NCBI GenBank assembly: GCA_046091745.1
Contig: JBJTCH010000383.1
Span: forward strand, 1 to 58,400
From: Opitutaceae bacterium
GTDB lineage: Bacteria > Verrucomicrobiota > Verrucomicrobiia > Opitutales > Opitutaceae
DNA length: 58,400 nucleotides
Direction of reading: 5' to 3'
The notes beneath the pieces were generated by a model. It saw only the letters and a program-made list of their open reading frames with translations, was not told the origin of the DNA and made no database searches. Positions 38,614 through 48,659 of the stretch are shown here, one piece after another. The position numbers were made by a program, and so were the translations under genes. Within the stretch, counting starts at the first letter, position 1. Each line of letters begins with the position of its first letter.

Positions 38614-41106
38614 GTGGCGGAACACCCGAAAGTTAACGGCGAGAGAACGACCAACCTTGGTTTCCGGATCATGGTCTGGCTGGCGGTGGCCGTCATCGCG
38701 GCCGCGTTCGTGCGGCCGGAGGTTCACCCCGGAGATGGTTTCACCGGTTGGAGCTCGGCGCGGGCGGGTGTGGCGATAGTGGTGCCGCGTGACGCGACCG
38801 CGGCCGAGGTGCGCGCGGCGAGGACGGTACAGGCGACCTTCGCGCGTTCGTCCGGGCTGACGCCACGGCATTTCCCGTTGTTTGCCGAAGGGTGGCTGGC
38901 GCCGCGCCGTGCGGTGGCCATCGGAGCCACGCGTGCCGGCGCGGCGGCTCGTCCCTCCGGAAACAAGGCGCCGCACGACAACGCTGTCGCGTTCCGCGTG
39001 GCAAACGGCGCGTTGCAGGTGGTCGCCGAGCGGCGGGAGCTGATCGAGGCGGCCGCGGGCTGGTTTCTGGAGGAAACCTTGGGTGCGCGCTGGTACATCC
39101 CGGGCCCGCTCGGCGAGGAGGTGCCGCGCCGCGCGGAATTTTCTTTGCCGGCCGGCCGGCGGGAGGCGCGCCCTGCCTTCGTGCACCGCGATCTCGGTCT
39201 CGATGGCACCCCGGGGAACCGCGACTGGTACGGACGCAACCGCCTCGAGGCGCGCTTCGAGCACGGGCACAACCTCGCGTCCATTTATCGTCCGGAGGAT
39301 TTCGAGCGCGAGCCCGGGCTCGCGCCGCTGCGCAATGGCAAGCCCTTCATCCCGCCGGCCTGGTCGGGCAATTGGCAGCCGAACTTCCTGAACCCGGCCG
39401 CGGTGCGGCTGGCGGTCGCGGCGGCCCACCGCGCTTTCGACCGCGATCCGCGGCGGCTCTCGTTCTCGCTCAGCATCAACGACACCGACCTCTACGACGA
39501 ATCGCCGGCGACGCTCGCGGCGGTGGCGCCCGCGCGCTTCTTCCGCCACCGCCCGGATTACTCGCCGCTCGTCTTCGGCTTTGTGAACGCGGTCGCGCGC
39601 GAGGTCGCCGCGAAGCATCCCGACCGTTGGCTGCCCGCCTACGCGTATTACTGGTGCGAGAACACCCCGGGTTTCCCCATCGAGCGCAACGTCGTGCCGT
39701 TCCTCACGGCGGACCGCAGCCAATGGTCGTATCCGGCGTTTCGCGACGAGGACCGGGCGCTGATCGAGCGCTGGTGCCGCTCCGGCGCGGAGATCGTCGG
39801 CGTCTACGATTATTTCTACGGCGCGCCGCACCTCGCCCCGCGGCCCACGCTCTACGCCGTGGCGGAATCGATCCCGTTCCAGCACCGGGCGGGGGTCCGC
39901 GCCTTCTACGCCGAGACGTCCTCCAACTGGGCGCTCGACGGGCCCAAGGCGTGGCTCGCCGCGCAGCTGCTCTGGGATCCGGGCCACGCCCCCGCGGCGC
40001 TGCTGGACCGTTATTACCGCGAGTTCTGGCGCGAGGCCGAGGCGCCGATGCGGGCGTATTTCGCCGCGGCGGAACGGACCTGGCTCGAGCAGCCCGGCCC
40101 GCCGCTATGGCTGCGATTCTTCAAGGACGAGGACCAGGATTGGATTTATCCCGAGGCGCGGCGCGCCGAGTTGCGCGCGGCGCTTGCCGCGGCCGGCCGG
40201 GCGGCCACGGAGGAGATCACCCGCGCGCGCGTCGCGTTCACCGCGGCGGGTTTTTCGGTGACGGAAGCCTACTGGAGGTTCGCGGCGGCCCGCGCCGCGG
40301 CCTCGCGGCTGGCGCAACCGGGCGCGGAGCCGGCGGCGCTGCTCGCGGCGTGGAAGCGGTACCGCGCGGAGCGGGAGCGGCTGGTGAACACGCTGGCCGA
40401 CGTGAGAAAAAGGCACCCGCTGGCGGTCGCGGATCAGGACCTGACCGCCTATCTGCGCAACGAACCCGACAGCCGGCTCGCGCTCGCCTTGCATGCCACG
40501 CCCGCGGGGCGGGCCGCGCTGGCCGCGGAGTCCGATCTCCTGCGGCGGTACGTCGGCGTGGAGCCGGGGGATCTGGATCGTCTCCATTCACCTGGCACGG
40601 AAGCGCTGACGGATCCCGGTTGGCGTGACGTCGTCATTTTGCCGGTCGAGGCCTCGAACGTAAGCCAGTGGACGACGATCGGCGCGCGCTGGACGGGGCA
40701 GACGGAGGCGTGGGAGGGACGCACGGTGCGCCTGAGCGAAGTCGCCGGTGGCCGGCGCGTGCTACGCCTGGCGAGCTGCCGCACCGAGGACTTTGGTCAG
40801 TGGCTATCGGCGGAGGCCGGAGCCGTGTATGTCGCCGAGGTCGACGTGCGCGCCCGGGTGAGCCCGGGCACGGCGACGCATCTGATCCTGTCGTTCCTCG
40901 ACGAGAAGGGCCGCCACCTGAACATGGGGCGGGTGGATCGCGCGCCGGCCGGCGCCGGCGAGCAATCGACGCGGCTGCGCGTGATCGCGAAGGCGCCGCC
41001 GGGTGCGCGCTGGATCGGCTACGGGCTGCGCGTGATGAACCAGATCAACGACGACTTCGCGGAGTTCTCCGGCGCGAGCCTGCGCCGCGTGGATCAGCTC
41101 CGGTAG
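38614..41106 (+). CDS. DUF4838-like putative glycoside hydrolase; alternative start about 38670
   Basis: N-terminal anchor; GH20/67-like N-domain (FLEETLGARW..PG), RPAF..R, HNL, QPNF.NP, SLSIND, AYAY, AQLLWDP; C-terminal CBM-like domain. Confidence 0.7.
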   Translation: MAEHPKVNGERTTNLGFRIMVWLAVAVIAAAFVRPEVHPGDGFTGWSSARAGVAIVVPRDATAAEVRAARTVQATFARSSGLTPRHFPLFAEGWLAPRRAVAIGATRAGAAARPSGNKAPHDNAVAFRVANGALQVVAERRELIEAAAGWFLEETLGARWYIPGPLGEEVPRRAEFSLPAGRREARPAFVHRDLGLDGTPGNRDWYGRNRLEARFEHGHNLASIYRPEDFEREPGLAPLRNGKPFIPPAWSGNWQPNFLNPAAVRLAVAAAHRAFDRDPRRLSFSLSINDTDLYDESPATLAAVAPARFFRHRPDYSPLVFGFVNAVAREVAAKHPDRWLPAYAYYWCENTPGFPIERNVVPFLTADRSQWSYPAFRDEDRALIERWCRSGAEIVGVYDYFYGAPHLAPRPTLYAVAESIPFQHRAGVRAFYAETSSNWALDGPKAWLAAQLLWDPGHAPAALLDRYYREFWREAEAPMRAYFAAAERTWLEQPGPPLWLRFFKDEDQDWIYPEARRAELRAALAAAGRAATEEITRARVAFTAAGFSVTEAYWRFAAARAAASRLAQPGAEPAALLAAWKRYRAERERLVNTLADVRKRHPLAVADQDLTAYLRNEPDSRLALALHATPAGRAALAAESDLLRRYVGVEPGDLDRLHSPGTEALTDPGWRDVVILPVEASNVSQWTTIGARWTGQTEAWEGRTVRLSEVAGGRRVLRLASCRTEDFGQWLSAEAGAVYVAEVDVRARVSPGTATHLILSFLDEKGRHLNMGRVDRAPAGAGEQSTRLRVIAKAPPGARWIGYGLRVMNQINDDFAEFSGASLRRVDQLR

Positions 41107-42410
41107 TCGGCGTTCTCGCTCACGTACTCGTGGGTGAGGTCGCCGCCGACGACGGCCGCGGAAGCCGCGCCGTTGCCGAGGTCGATCTCCAGCTCCACCG
41201 CGCGCTCGTGCGGCGGGTAATCGATCGGAGCGGAGAAAACGCCGTCGGCGGTGGGCCGGCTCGTGTACAATTCGGCGCCGCGCAGGTGAGCGACGAGCGC
41301 CGCCTCCTTGGTCGGGTCAAGCTGGAACGCACCCTGCGCAAAAATCTCCACCCCGCCCAGGCGGGCGCGCAGCCGCGAAAGATCGGTGCCCGGGGCGTGG
41401 GCGCCCACGTGTTTGCCGATCGCCTGGATGAGGCGGCCCACGTTGGGGTCGTTGCCGGCGACGGCGCATTTGAACAACGGACCGTTGACCACCGCCTTGC
41501 CGATGGAGCGGGCGAGTCCGAGGCTGGCGGCGTTGCGCACGGTGACGCGGATCACGTGCCGCACGCCCTCGCCGTTGCGCACGACGTCCTCCGCGAGGTC
41601 GCGGCACACCTGGTGCAGACCGCGCTCGAACGCGCCCCAATCGCTGAACGGCACGCGGCCGGACGAGAGCGCGACGACCGTGTCGGACGTGCTGGTGTCG
41701 CTGTCGATGCTGATGGCGTTGAAACTGGCGTCGACCGCGCGGGCGAGCATGGGGCGCAGTTCGGAGCGCGGCACGGCGATGTCGGTCAGCAGGTACACGA
41801 GCATCGTCGCGAGGTTGGGCTCGATCATGCCGGCGCCCTTGGCGATGCCGACGATGCTGCCGCTGCCGACGGTCGCGCGGCGGATTTTCGGATAGAGGTC
41901 GGTGGTGACGATGCCCTCGGCGGCGGGGAGAATCGACGCGGACGACAGGCTCGCGGCGGCCGCGGGCACCTCGCGCAGCATCGCCTCTAGCGGCAGGCCC
42001 CAGCCGATGACGCCGGTGGAGCTCGGCAACACCTGGCCGGGCGCGAGTTTCAGCTCGCGCGCGACAGCGGCGCAGACGGACTCGGAGGCCTCGACGCCGC
42101 CGGGCGCGCACACGTTGGAGATCTTGTTGTTGATGATCACCGCGCCGAGCGAGGGCTCCATGAGCCGCTTGCGCCCCACGAGGATCGGCGCGCCCGGGAA
42201 CGCGTTCCGGGTGAACATCGCCGCGAACGAAGTCGTGGGCTCGTCGAGCGCGAGCAGCGTCAGCGTCATGCGCGAGGGCTTCGGCGCCTCGCGGGGCGTG
42301 AACTCGAAGCGGGCGTTGCCGACGCGGAAACCCGCGGGCAGCGCGGCCTGCGCGGCGAGCCACGCGCGATGCTCGTCGCGGCTGGCGAAAGTGAGGTCGG
42401 TGCTGGGCAC
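41094..42410 (-). CDS. argJ: ornithine acetyltransferase ArgJ
   Basis: FTRNAFPGAP, NNKISN, STGVIG, TTDLYPK, GIAKGAGMIEPNLATML (autocleavage Thr), SIDSDTSTSD, DPNVGR, DLTHEYVSENADYRS. GTG start at 42410. Confidence 0.92.
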   Translation of the reverse strand: MPSTDLTFASRDEHRAWLAAQAALPAGFRVGNARFEFTPREAPKPSRMTLTLLALDEPTTSFAAMFTRNAFPGAPILVGRKRLMEPSLGAVIINNKISNVCAPGGVEASESVCAAVARELKLAPGQVLPSSTGVIGWGLPLEAMLREVPAAAASLSSASILPAAEGIVTTDLYPKIRRATVGSGSIVGIAKGAGMIEPNLATMLVYLLTDIAVPRSELRPMLARAVDASFNAISIDSDTSTSDTVVALSSGRVPFSDWGAFERGLHQVCRDLAEDVVRNGEGVRHVIRVTVRNAASLGLARSIGKAVVNGPLFKCAVAGNDPNVGRLIQAIGKHVGAHAPGTDLSRLRARLGGVEIFAQGAFQLDPTKEAALVAHLRGAELYTSRPTADGVFSAPIDYPPHERAVELEIDLGNGAASAAVVGGDLTHEYVSENADYRS

Positions 42411-42609
42411 GCGAGAGGAGTGGGCCGCGCCCGCCGCCGAGAAAAGCAGAAACTGGAAAGCGCCCGCGGAGGCGCGTCGCGCGGGCGGCGCCAACTTTTT
42501 TATGGAAATGCCGGGCGCGCGTGCCTTATTCGCGACACTCCGAAAAAAAGTGAGCGACTTCCCTGTTCCCTTCCGCGACGCGGCCGCCGGCCGCGCGTCC
42601 TGACCGCCA

Positions 42610-43491
42610 ATGAACATCGCCGAAGTCACCGCCAAGGCCAAGGTCCTCATCGAGGCGCTGCCCTACATCCAGGATTTCCGCGGCTCCACGTTCGTCGTGA
42701 AGTACGGCGGGAGCTTCATGGATGACCCCGACCCGAAGGCGCGGTCGCGCGTCGCCTACGACATCGCTTTCCTCGCCGCGTGCGGGATCAACGTCGTCGT
42801 CGTGCACGGCGGCGGCAAGGCCATCACCCGCGCGATGGAGGGTTCCGGGCTCAAGGCGAACTTCGTCAACGGCCTGCGCGTCACCGACGAGGCGACGATC
42901 GCCGTGGTGAAGCGCACGCTCGACGAGGTCGTGAACAAGGACGTCTGCGCGGCGCTCACCTCCGCCGGCGCCAATCCGCGCGGCCTCGCCGGCGACTCGG
43001 TGCTCGTCTGCCAGAAGCTCACGACCGACGACGATGGCAACACGGTCGACCTCGGGTACGTCGGCGACGTCACCGAGGTGAAGGTGAAGCTCATCAAGAA
43101 GGACATCGCGGAGGGCTTCATGCCGGTGATCTCGCCGGTGGCCGAGGGCCTCGACGGCAAGCCCTACAATGTGAACGCCGACCTCGCGGCCGGGCGCGTG
43201 GCCAGCGCGCTGCGGGCCCGCCGGCTGGTGTACATGAGCGATGTCCCCGGCCTGCTCGCCAACCCTTCCGACCCCGACTCGCTGATCTCCACGCTGAAGA
43301 CCGGCCAGGTCGAGGAGCTGAAGCGGCGCGGCGTGATCGACAAGGGCATGCGCCCCAAGGTGCAGAGCGCGGTGCGCGCCCTGCAGGAAGGCGTGCAACG
43401 CGTGCATTTCATCGACGGGCGGCTGCCGCATTCGCTGCTGCTCGAGATGTTCACCGACCGCGGCATCGGCACCGAGATCGTGCAAGGCTGA
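42610..43491 (+). CDS. argB: acetylglutamate kinase
   Basis: [60 protein letters not shown]. Confidence 0.96.
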   Translation: MNIAEVTAKAKVLIEALPYIQDFRGSTFVVKYGGSFMDDPDPKARSRVAYDIAFLAACGINVVVVHGGGKAITRAMEGSGLKANFVNGLRVTDEATIAVVKRTLDEVVNKDVCAALTSAGANPRGLAGDSVLVCQKLTTDDDGNTVDLGYVGDVTEVKVKLIKKDIAEGFMPVISPVAEGLDGKPYNVNADLAAGRVASALRARRLVYMSDVPGLLANPSDPDSLISTLKTGQVEELKRRGVIDKGMRPKVQSAVRALQEGVQRVHFIDGRLPHSLLLEMFTDRGIGTEIVQG

Positions 43492-43507
43492 GCCGCCGCG
43501 CCCCGCC

Positions 43508-44728
43508 ATGAACGAGCCTGCCCTCGTGCGGACCAGCACGGCCGATCTCTACGACGCGCACGTCATGCGCAACTACGCGCGCGCGGCGCTCACGCTCGTG
43601 CGCGGCGAGGGCTGCCGCGTGTGGGACGACACCGGCGCGTGCTATCTCGATTTCACCTCGGGCATCGCGGTCAACGCGCTCGGGCACAGCCATCCGCGCT
43701 GGGTCGCCGCGGTCCAGCGCCAGGCCGCGGAGCTCGTGCATGTGAGCAACCTGTTCCGCAACCCCAACCAGGGCGAGCTGGCGCGGCGGATCACGCGGCA
43801 CGCGGGCCCGGGCCGCGTCTTTTTCTGCAACAGCGGCGCCGAGGCCATCGAGGGCCTCATCAAGCTCGCGCGCCTGCACGGCCGGCGCCGTTCCGGCGGC
43901 GAGGAAGGGAAGCGTTTCAAGGTCATCTGCGCGCGGAACGCTTTTCACGGCCGCACGTTCGGCGGCATGAGCGCCACCCCGCAGGAGAAGATCCAGGGCG
44001 GCTTCCGCCCGCTCGTGCCCGGCTTCGCGTTCGGCGAGCTCAACGACGTCGCCTCGTTCGCGGCGCTGATCGACGACACCACCGCGGCGATCTTCGTCGA
44101 GACCATCCAGGGCGAGGGCGGCATCATGCCGTGCACGCCGGAATTCCTCCGCGGCCTGCGGCGGCTCTGCGACGAACACGGCCTCATGCTCCTGCTCGAC
44201 GAGGTGCAATGCGGCATCGGCCGCACCGGCCGTTTCTACGCCTACCAGCACGCGGGCGTGGAGCCCGACGCCGTCGGCATGGCCAAGGGTCTGGGCGGCG
44301 GTTTCCCCATCGGCGCCATCTGGGTGCGCGAGCCGTACGCCGATCTCTTCCAGCCGGGCAACCACGGCACGACCTTCGGCGGCACGCCGCTCGCCTGCGC
44401 GGCCGCGCTCGCGACGCTCGACGTGATCGAGCAGGAGCGCCTGATGGAGCACGTCGCGGCGGCGAGCGTTCCGTGGATCGAGGCGCTGCGCGGTCTCGCG
44501 CGGGAATTCCCCGCGCACGTTTCCGCGGTGCGCGGCCAGGGTTTCATGGTCGGCGTGCAGATGACCGGCGAACCCGGCCCGTGGCTCACGCGTCTCCGCG
44601 AGCGCGGTCTCCTCGCCGTCGCCTCGGGGCTCAACGTGATCCGCTTCCTGCCGCCGCTCAACGCGACCGCCGCCGATCTCGCCCGTTCGGTCGGGATCCT
44701 GCGCGAGACGTTGCGCGCCGCCGCCTGA
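43508..44728 (+). CDS. argD: acetylornithine aminotransferase
   Basis: YLDFTSGIAVNALGH, FFCNSGAEA, FHGRT, ETIQGEGG, DEVQCGIGRTG, AKGLGGG, HGTTFGG. Confidence 0.94.
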   Translation: MNEPALVRTSTADLYDAHVMRNYARAALTLVRGEGCRVWDDTGACYLDFTSGIAVNALGHSHPRWVAAVQRQAAELVHVSNLFRNPNQGELARRITRHAGPGRVFFCNSGAEAIEGLIKLARLHGRRRSGGEEGKRFKVICARNAFHGRTFGGMSATPQEKIQGGFRPLVPGFAFGELNDVASFAALIDDTTAAIFVETIQGEGGIMPCTPEFLRGLRRLCDEHGLMLLLDEVQCGIGRTGRFYAYQHAGVEPDAVGMAKGLGGGFPIGAIWVREPYADLFQPGNHGTTFGGTPLACAAALATLDVIEQERLMEHVAAASVPWIEALRGLAREFPAHVSAVRGQGFMVGVQMTGEPGPWLTRLRERGLLAVASGLNVIRFLPPLNATAADLARSVGILRETLRAAA

Positions 44729-44747
44729 TTCGCGGCCGGGCCGCGCT

Positions 44748-46169
44748 TCAGACGACGATTTCGGCGGGCACCGCGGAGAGGTCCGGTTCCCCGGGCACGC
44801 CGAAGGGCGCCGCGTTCACCGAGCCGAGCTGCAGCCTTCCGTCGCGGAGCATCAGCCGCGGCCACCCGCCGGTCGCGTCACGCGAGTAAAGGTCGGGATG
44901 CCAGCGCAACGCGTGTTCCTGCAAACCCGCCGGAAACTGCGCCAGCCCCTTGAAGTAGTGGTGGCCGTTGCGCTCGACGCTCGTCACGCCGAGCGCGGCC
45001 TGCGCCGCGAGATCCTGCAGGGTCGAGATCGGCCCGACATTCGCCAGATCCTCGCCGCTCAGCACCGCCGCGAGTCCCGCCGCGCGGCGGTGCGCGAGCA
45101 GGCCGGCGTTGATGACGCTCTTCATGACACCCTTGCAGTTCTTGTGGCTGGTGCCGGCGTAGCCGAGCGCCAGCGCCGCGGGCAGGCTGGCGATTTCGGC
45201 GTCGCTCTCGTCGATGATCACCGGCGGACGCTCGGGCCAGTCGCGGGCCAGCTCGCCGATCGCGGGGCTCAGCGCGACGTCGCGGTGCCACGGTTGTTCC
45301 ACATAGAGCAGCCGCGGCCAGAGCGTTTCCAGCGCGGGCTCGCCGCGCAGCGCCCGGAAGTAATCGCGGAACGAGGCGACGTCCCGGAAGCTCTCGTTGC
45401 CGTCGAGCGAGAACGCGAAATCGCCGCCGGTGCCGGCGGTGATGACCCGCGCCATGCGCGCCAGACGGTCGCGGTCGCGCGCGAGGTCGCCGTTCACCTT
45501 GATCTTGAAGTGCCGCTGACCGTAGCCGCGGATGACCTCCTCCAGCGTCTGCGGGAGACCGTCGTCGACCCGCTCGCCTGGCGCGAGATCCGCCGCCGTG
45601 ATCGGGTCCGAGAGGCCGACCGTATGGCGTGCGAAGACCGCCGCCGGCGGCGTCGCCGGCAGGAAATCGGATGGCGCCACCCCGCGGAGTTCCGGGGCGA
45701 CGGCCCCGGGTTCGATCCCCGCGAGTCCGCCGCGCAATGCCTCCGAGAGCGTCGTGCCCTGCGCGCGGCACAACGCGTGGAGCAACGCGCGCTCCACGAA
45801 GCTGGTGCCGAAGCCGGTCAGCAGCGGCGGCAGGCGCCGCGCCGCACCCCACGCTGACTGCGCGGCGTCGAGCTCGCGCCAAAAGGCAAAGACCGTCGGC
45901 GCCCGCAGATCCCTCGCGAGCTGCAGCGCCGTGCGGATCACGAGCAGCATCTCATCGATCTCGTCCGCCAACCCGCGGGCCGGGTCCTTGGTGAACCACT
46001 TCGGCGGCAGCAGATCGGCGGCGAGGCCGTGGTGTCGCGCGCCGCCGAGCTCGAACTCCGCGCGGAGGATGACCTGCGGCACGTCGGTCATCGTCGCGAT
46101 GCCGTAACGGAACGGCATCCGCGCCCGCAGCTCGAGGCGGTGAAGTCGGGCGGAAACGAGGCGGATCAT
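44748..46169 (-). CDS. enolase-superfamily (mandelate racemase/MLE-like) protein
   Basis: RMPFRYG, HFKIKV (KxK), LDGNE, VEQP, IDES, SHKNCKG. Confidence 0.75.
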   Translation of the reverse strand: MIRLVSARLHRLELRARMPFRYGIATMTDVPQVILRAEFELGGARHHGLAADLLPPKWFTKDPARGLADEIDEMLLVIRTALQLARDLRAPTVFAFWRELDAAQSAWGAARRLPPLLTGFGTSFVERALLHALCRAQGTTLSEALRGGLAGIEPGAVAPELRGVAPSDFLPATPPAAVFARHTVGLSDPITAADLAPGERVDDGLPQTLEEVIRGYGQRHFKIKVNGDLARDRDRLARMARVITAGTGGDFAFSLDGNESFRDVASFRDYFRALRGEPALETLWPRLLYVEQPWHRDVALSPAIGELARDWPERPPVIIDESDAEIASLPAALALGYAGTSHKNCKGVMKSVINAGLLAHRRAAGLAAVLSGEDLANVGPISTLQDLAAQAALGVTSVERNGHHYFKGLAQFPAGLQEHALRWHPDLYSRDATGGWPRLMLRDGRLQLGSVNAAPFGVPGEPDLSAVPAEIVV

Positions 46170-46179
46170 CGCGCCGGGT

Positions 46180-47475
46180 TCACAGTCCGCCCAGTTTCTC
46201 GTGGTGGGGCAGCGGCGCGAGCACGCCGCCGCTGCGGGCGTGATAATCCGCGTCCAGCTCGAACACCCCGCGCTGCGGACGGGTCCATGGCGCGTCGGGC
46301 GCGGGCAGGTGCGCGCGCATGGCCTCCCAGTGGCGGTAGTTCTGGTGGCCGTTCGTCTCGAGCAGGCCGAGACCGAGGCCCGGGAATGGAGCGAGGCGCG
46401 CGGCGACGGCCTTGTTCCATTCCACCAGCACCGGGTTGACCGTGAGATCGGCGCAGAAGCACGGCACGCCCCGCTCGTGCGCGAGCCGGGCGATCTTCAG
46501 CGACATCGAGAAGGTCTTCGCGATCGGTTTCAGCGCGATCGCCGTGTAGCCCATCTCGATGCGGCGGAGCGCGTCGGCGTCGGTGTGCGCGCTCTCGTCG
46601 GCCGCGACGCGCACGGGGATGTCGCGGATGTCGATCTCCAGTTCCTCGGGGAACGGTTCCTCGAGCAGCGCGATCTGGTCGAACGCACCGATGGCGCGGG
46701 CGTGATCCAGCAGGCGCAGGAGCGTGTCCTTGCTCTCATAGCGGCCGTTGGCGTCGAAGTAGTACGGGAGTTTCCCGCTCGCGGTCCACGGGGTGCGCGC
46801 GCCGCCGATCGCGGCGTGGATCGCGGAGAGCCGCGCCTTGTCCTTCTCCAGCATCTCGGCCTGCGTGCCCGGCTGGCCGATCTTGATCTTCATGAAGAAG
46901 AACCCGTCGTCGACCGCGCCGCGGATCTCCTCCACCGGCACCGCGTAGGCCATCAGCGGGATGCAGGCGACGCGCGCGTGGCGCGCGGCGAGTGCCGGGC
47001 GGTAGGCCGGCGGGATCAGGTCGTCGAACGACGTGATGCCGTTCTCCGCCGCGTAGAGGCGCCACGCGGCGAAATCGACGCCGACCAGCGCGTTGAGCGC
47101 GAAGGTCTCGCGCAGGCCCGGGTGGCCGGTGATCCGCTTGGCGTGCTCGTAAACCTCGTGGCGCACCGATTCCAGCAACGCGAGCGGATCGGTGAACGTG
47201 CGCCCGCGCAGGCGTTGCAGCGCCCACTCGGTGACCGCGTACATCAGCGCGTTGCCGCCGCTCTCGGTGTGGCCGGCGAAGACATGCGCGTCGCTCCACA
47301 GCACGCCTTGCGTGCAAAGCCCGGTGCCACGGCGGCCCGAGGCGGCCTCGAGCACCGCCACGCTTTGCCACGTCTCGGTCTGGTAGCCGCCCTTGAAGCC
47401 GAACGGGCGGATGAGCGGCTCACGCTCGAAGTTGGAACCGACGCGAGCGATCGTGATGGCAGCGGGGGGGGACAT
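46180..47475 (-). CDS. enolase-superfamily protein (L-Ala-D/L-Glu epimerase-like annotation family)
   Basis: PFGFKGG, MKIKIG (KxK), FDANG, LEEPF, ADES, ALKPIAK. Start at MSPPAAI. Confidence 0.75.
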   Translation of the reverse strand: MSPPAAITIARVGSNFEREPLIRPFGFKGGYQTETWQSVAVLEAASGRRGTGLCTQGVLWSDAHVFAGHTESGGNALMYAVTEWALQRLRGRTFTDPLALLESVRHEVYEHAKRITGHPGLRETFALNALVGVDFAAWRLYAAENGITSFDDLIPPAYRPALAARHARVACIPLMAYAVPVEEIRGAVDDGFFFMKIKIGQPGTQAEMLEKDKARLSAIHAAIGGARTPWTASGKLPYYFDANGRYESKDTLLRLLDHARAIGAFDQIALLEEPFPEELEIDIRDIPVRVAADESAHTDADALRRIEMGYTAIALKPIAKTFSMSLKIARLAHERGVPCFCADLTVNPVLVEWNKAVAARLAPFPGLGLGLLETNGHQNYRHWEAMRAHLPAPDAPWTRPQRGVFELDADYHARSGGVLAPLPHHEKLGGL

Positions 47476-47607
47476 GATTTCCCCGCGAGGCAAGGGCCGG
47501 CCCGCGCGGCCGGCAAGGGAGGAAGCTGAGTTCAAGCGCGCGGCTGCCCGCCGCGGATTATGCCGGAGGCCGGACCGCCGAAGGCTGTTCCGACGGGCTC
47601 CGCTGGG

Positions 47608-48650
47608 TTAACCGCGGATTTCGCGGACGGCGCGGATGAGGGGCCGATCGTTAGGTCTCTCCTACCTTCCCGGCCTTTTTTCCAAGGATGGCTCGTTGTG
47701 ACGCGCGCCCGTATCGCTCCGCGTGGGGCAACCACGGATGGACACGAATCGACACGGATAAATGAGTTTCGTTTGTAGCCGGGGTCCGGTGACCCCGGAC
47801 TATGTCGGCGACCGTACGACCGAAGGCGTTTACGAAGGCCCGCGATCCCTAACCGCGGATGGCCCAGCGCGGCTCCGCCTCAACCGACGCGTCGTCCGGC
47901 CTGCGCCGCGCTGGGAGGGACGAGGGAAAGCGAAAAGGAGTGAGGAGGATTTGGCGGGATGAATCTCCGACCATCCGAGGGTGCCAGCCTCGGAGAAGTA
48001 CGCTCACCTCAAAGACCGAATGTGGTTCTGAATCGCTCCAGGTTTTTTGCCGCTCACCAAGCTCGTCGATTAAAAATGCACGCAGGAACACGGCCTGTTC
48101 AGAGATAGCAGTTCGGATATCTCAGATCCGGCGCCGCCACCCTTCACGATCTTCCCGCTCTTGGCGTGCCATGATCCGGGGCTTTGAACAAAAGGTCGGG
48201 AAGTTCGGAGAGGGAGAGCAGTTTTCCTCATCGGTGTTGATCCGTGCGCATCCGTGGTTGCTCCCCCCGCGGAGCAATTTGGCGACACCTCCCGTATTCC
48301 TGTTCCACTCCACTCGTTCGCTCCGGTCGCCTGGAAGCGTCGAACGCCTTGCGGCCTGCATCCGCGCCATCTGAGAAATCTGCGGTAAAAAAGCCCGGGC
48401 CACCACGAAACACACGAAAGGCACGAAACGGTGGGAGCCTCTCCTTCGCCAAGACTACGGCGGGCAACCAGCCGCGGCTACATCGAGACCTCCTTCTTCG
48501 TGTGCCTTGGTGTCCATTCGTGGTTGTTCCTGGCTTGATGCGACCGGAGCCGTCGTGCCGGTGGATCGGACTCGGTGAACTCGGATCGGCCTCTGTGCCC
48601 TCTGTGTTCCGACTCAACTCCCCTCGGGTGCGGCTTCGCCGCGCTGCGCT
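47608..48650. repeat. intergenic repeat mosaic C with nested inverted repeats
   Basis: Outer IR 47608-47638/48359-48389, inner IR 47713-47760/48227-48278, third pair 48402-48428/48497-48525, GTAG hairpin at 47776, modules shared with mosaic A. Confidence 0.82.
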
Positions 48651-48659
48651 TCCTGCCGC

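Noticed and set aside
47532-48617. Small ORFs in the 47.5-48.6 kb intergenic region as genes
   Set aside because: They are translations of repeat arms (TTDGHESTRI, NHGCARINTD) with no family motifs.
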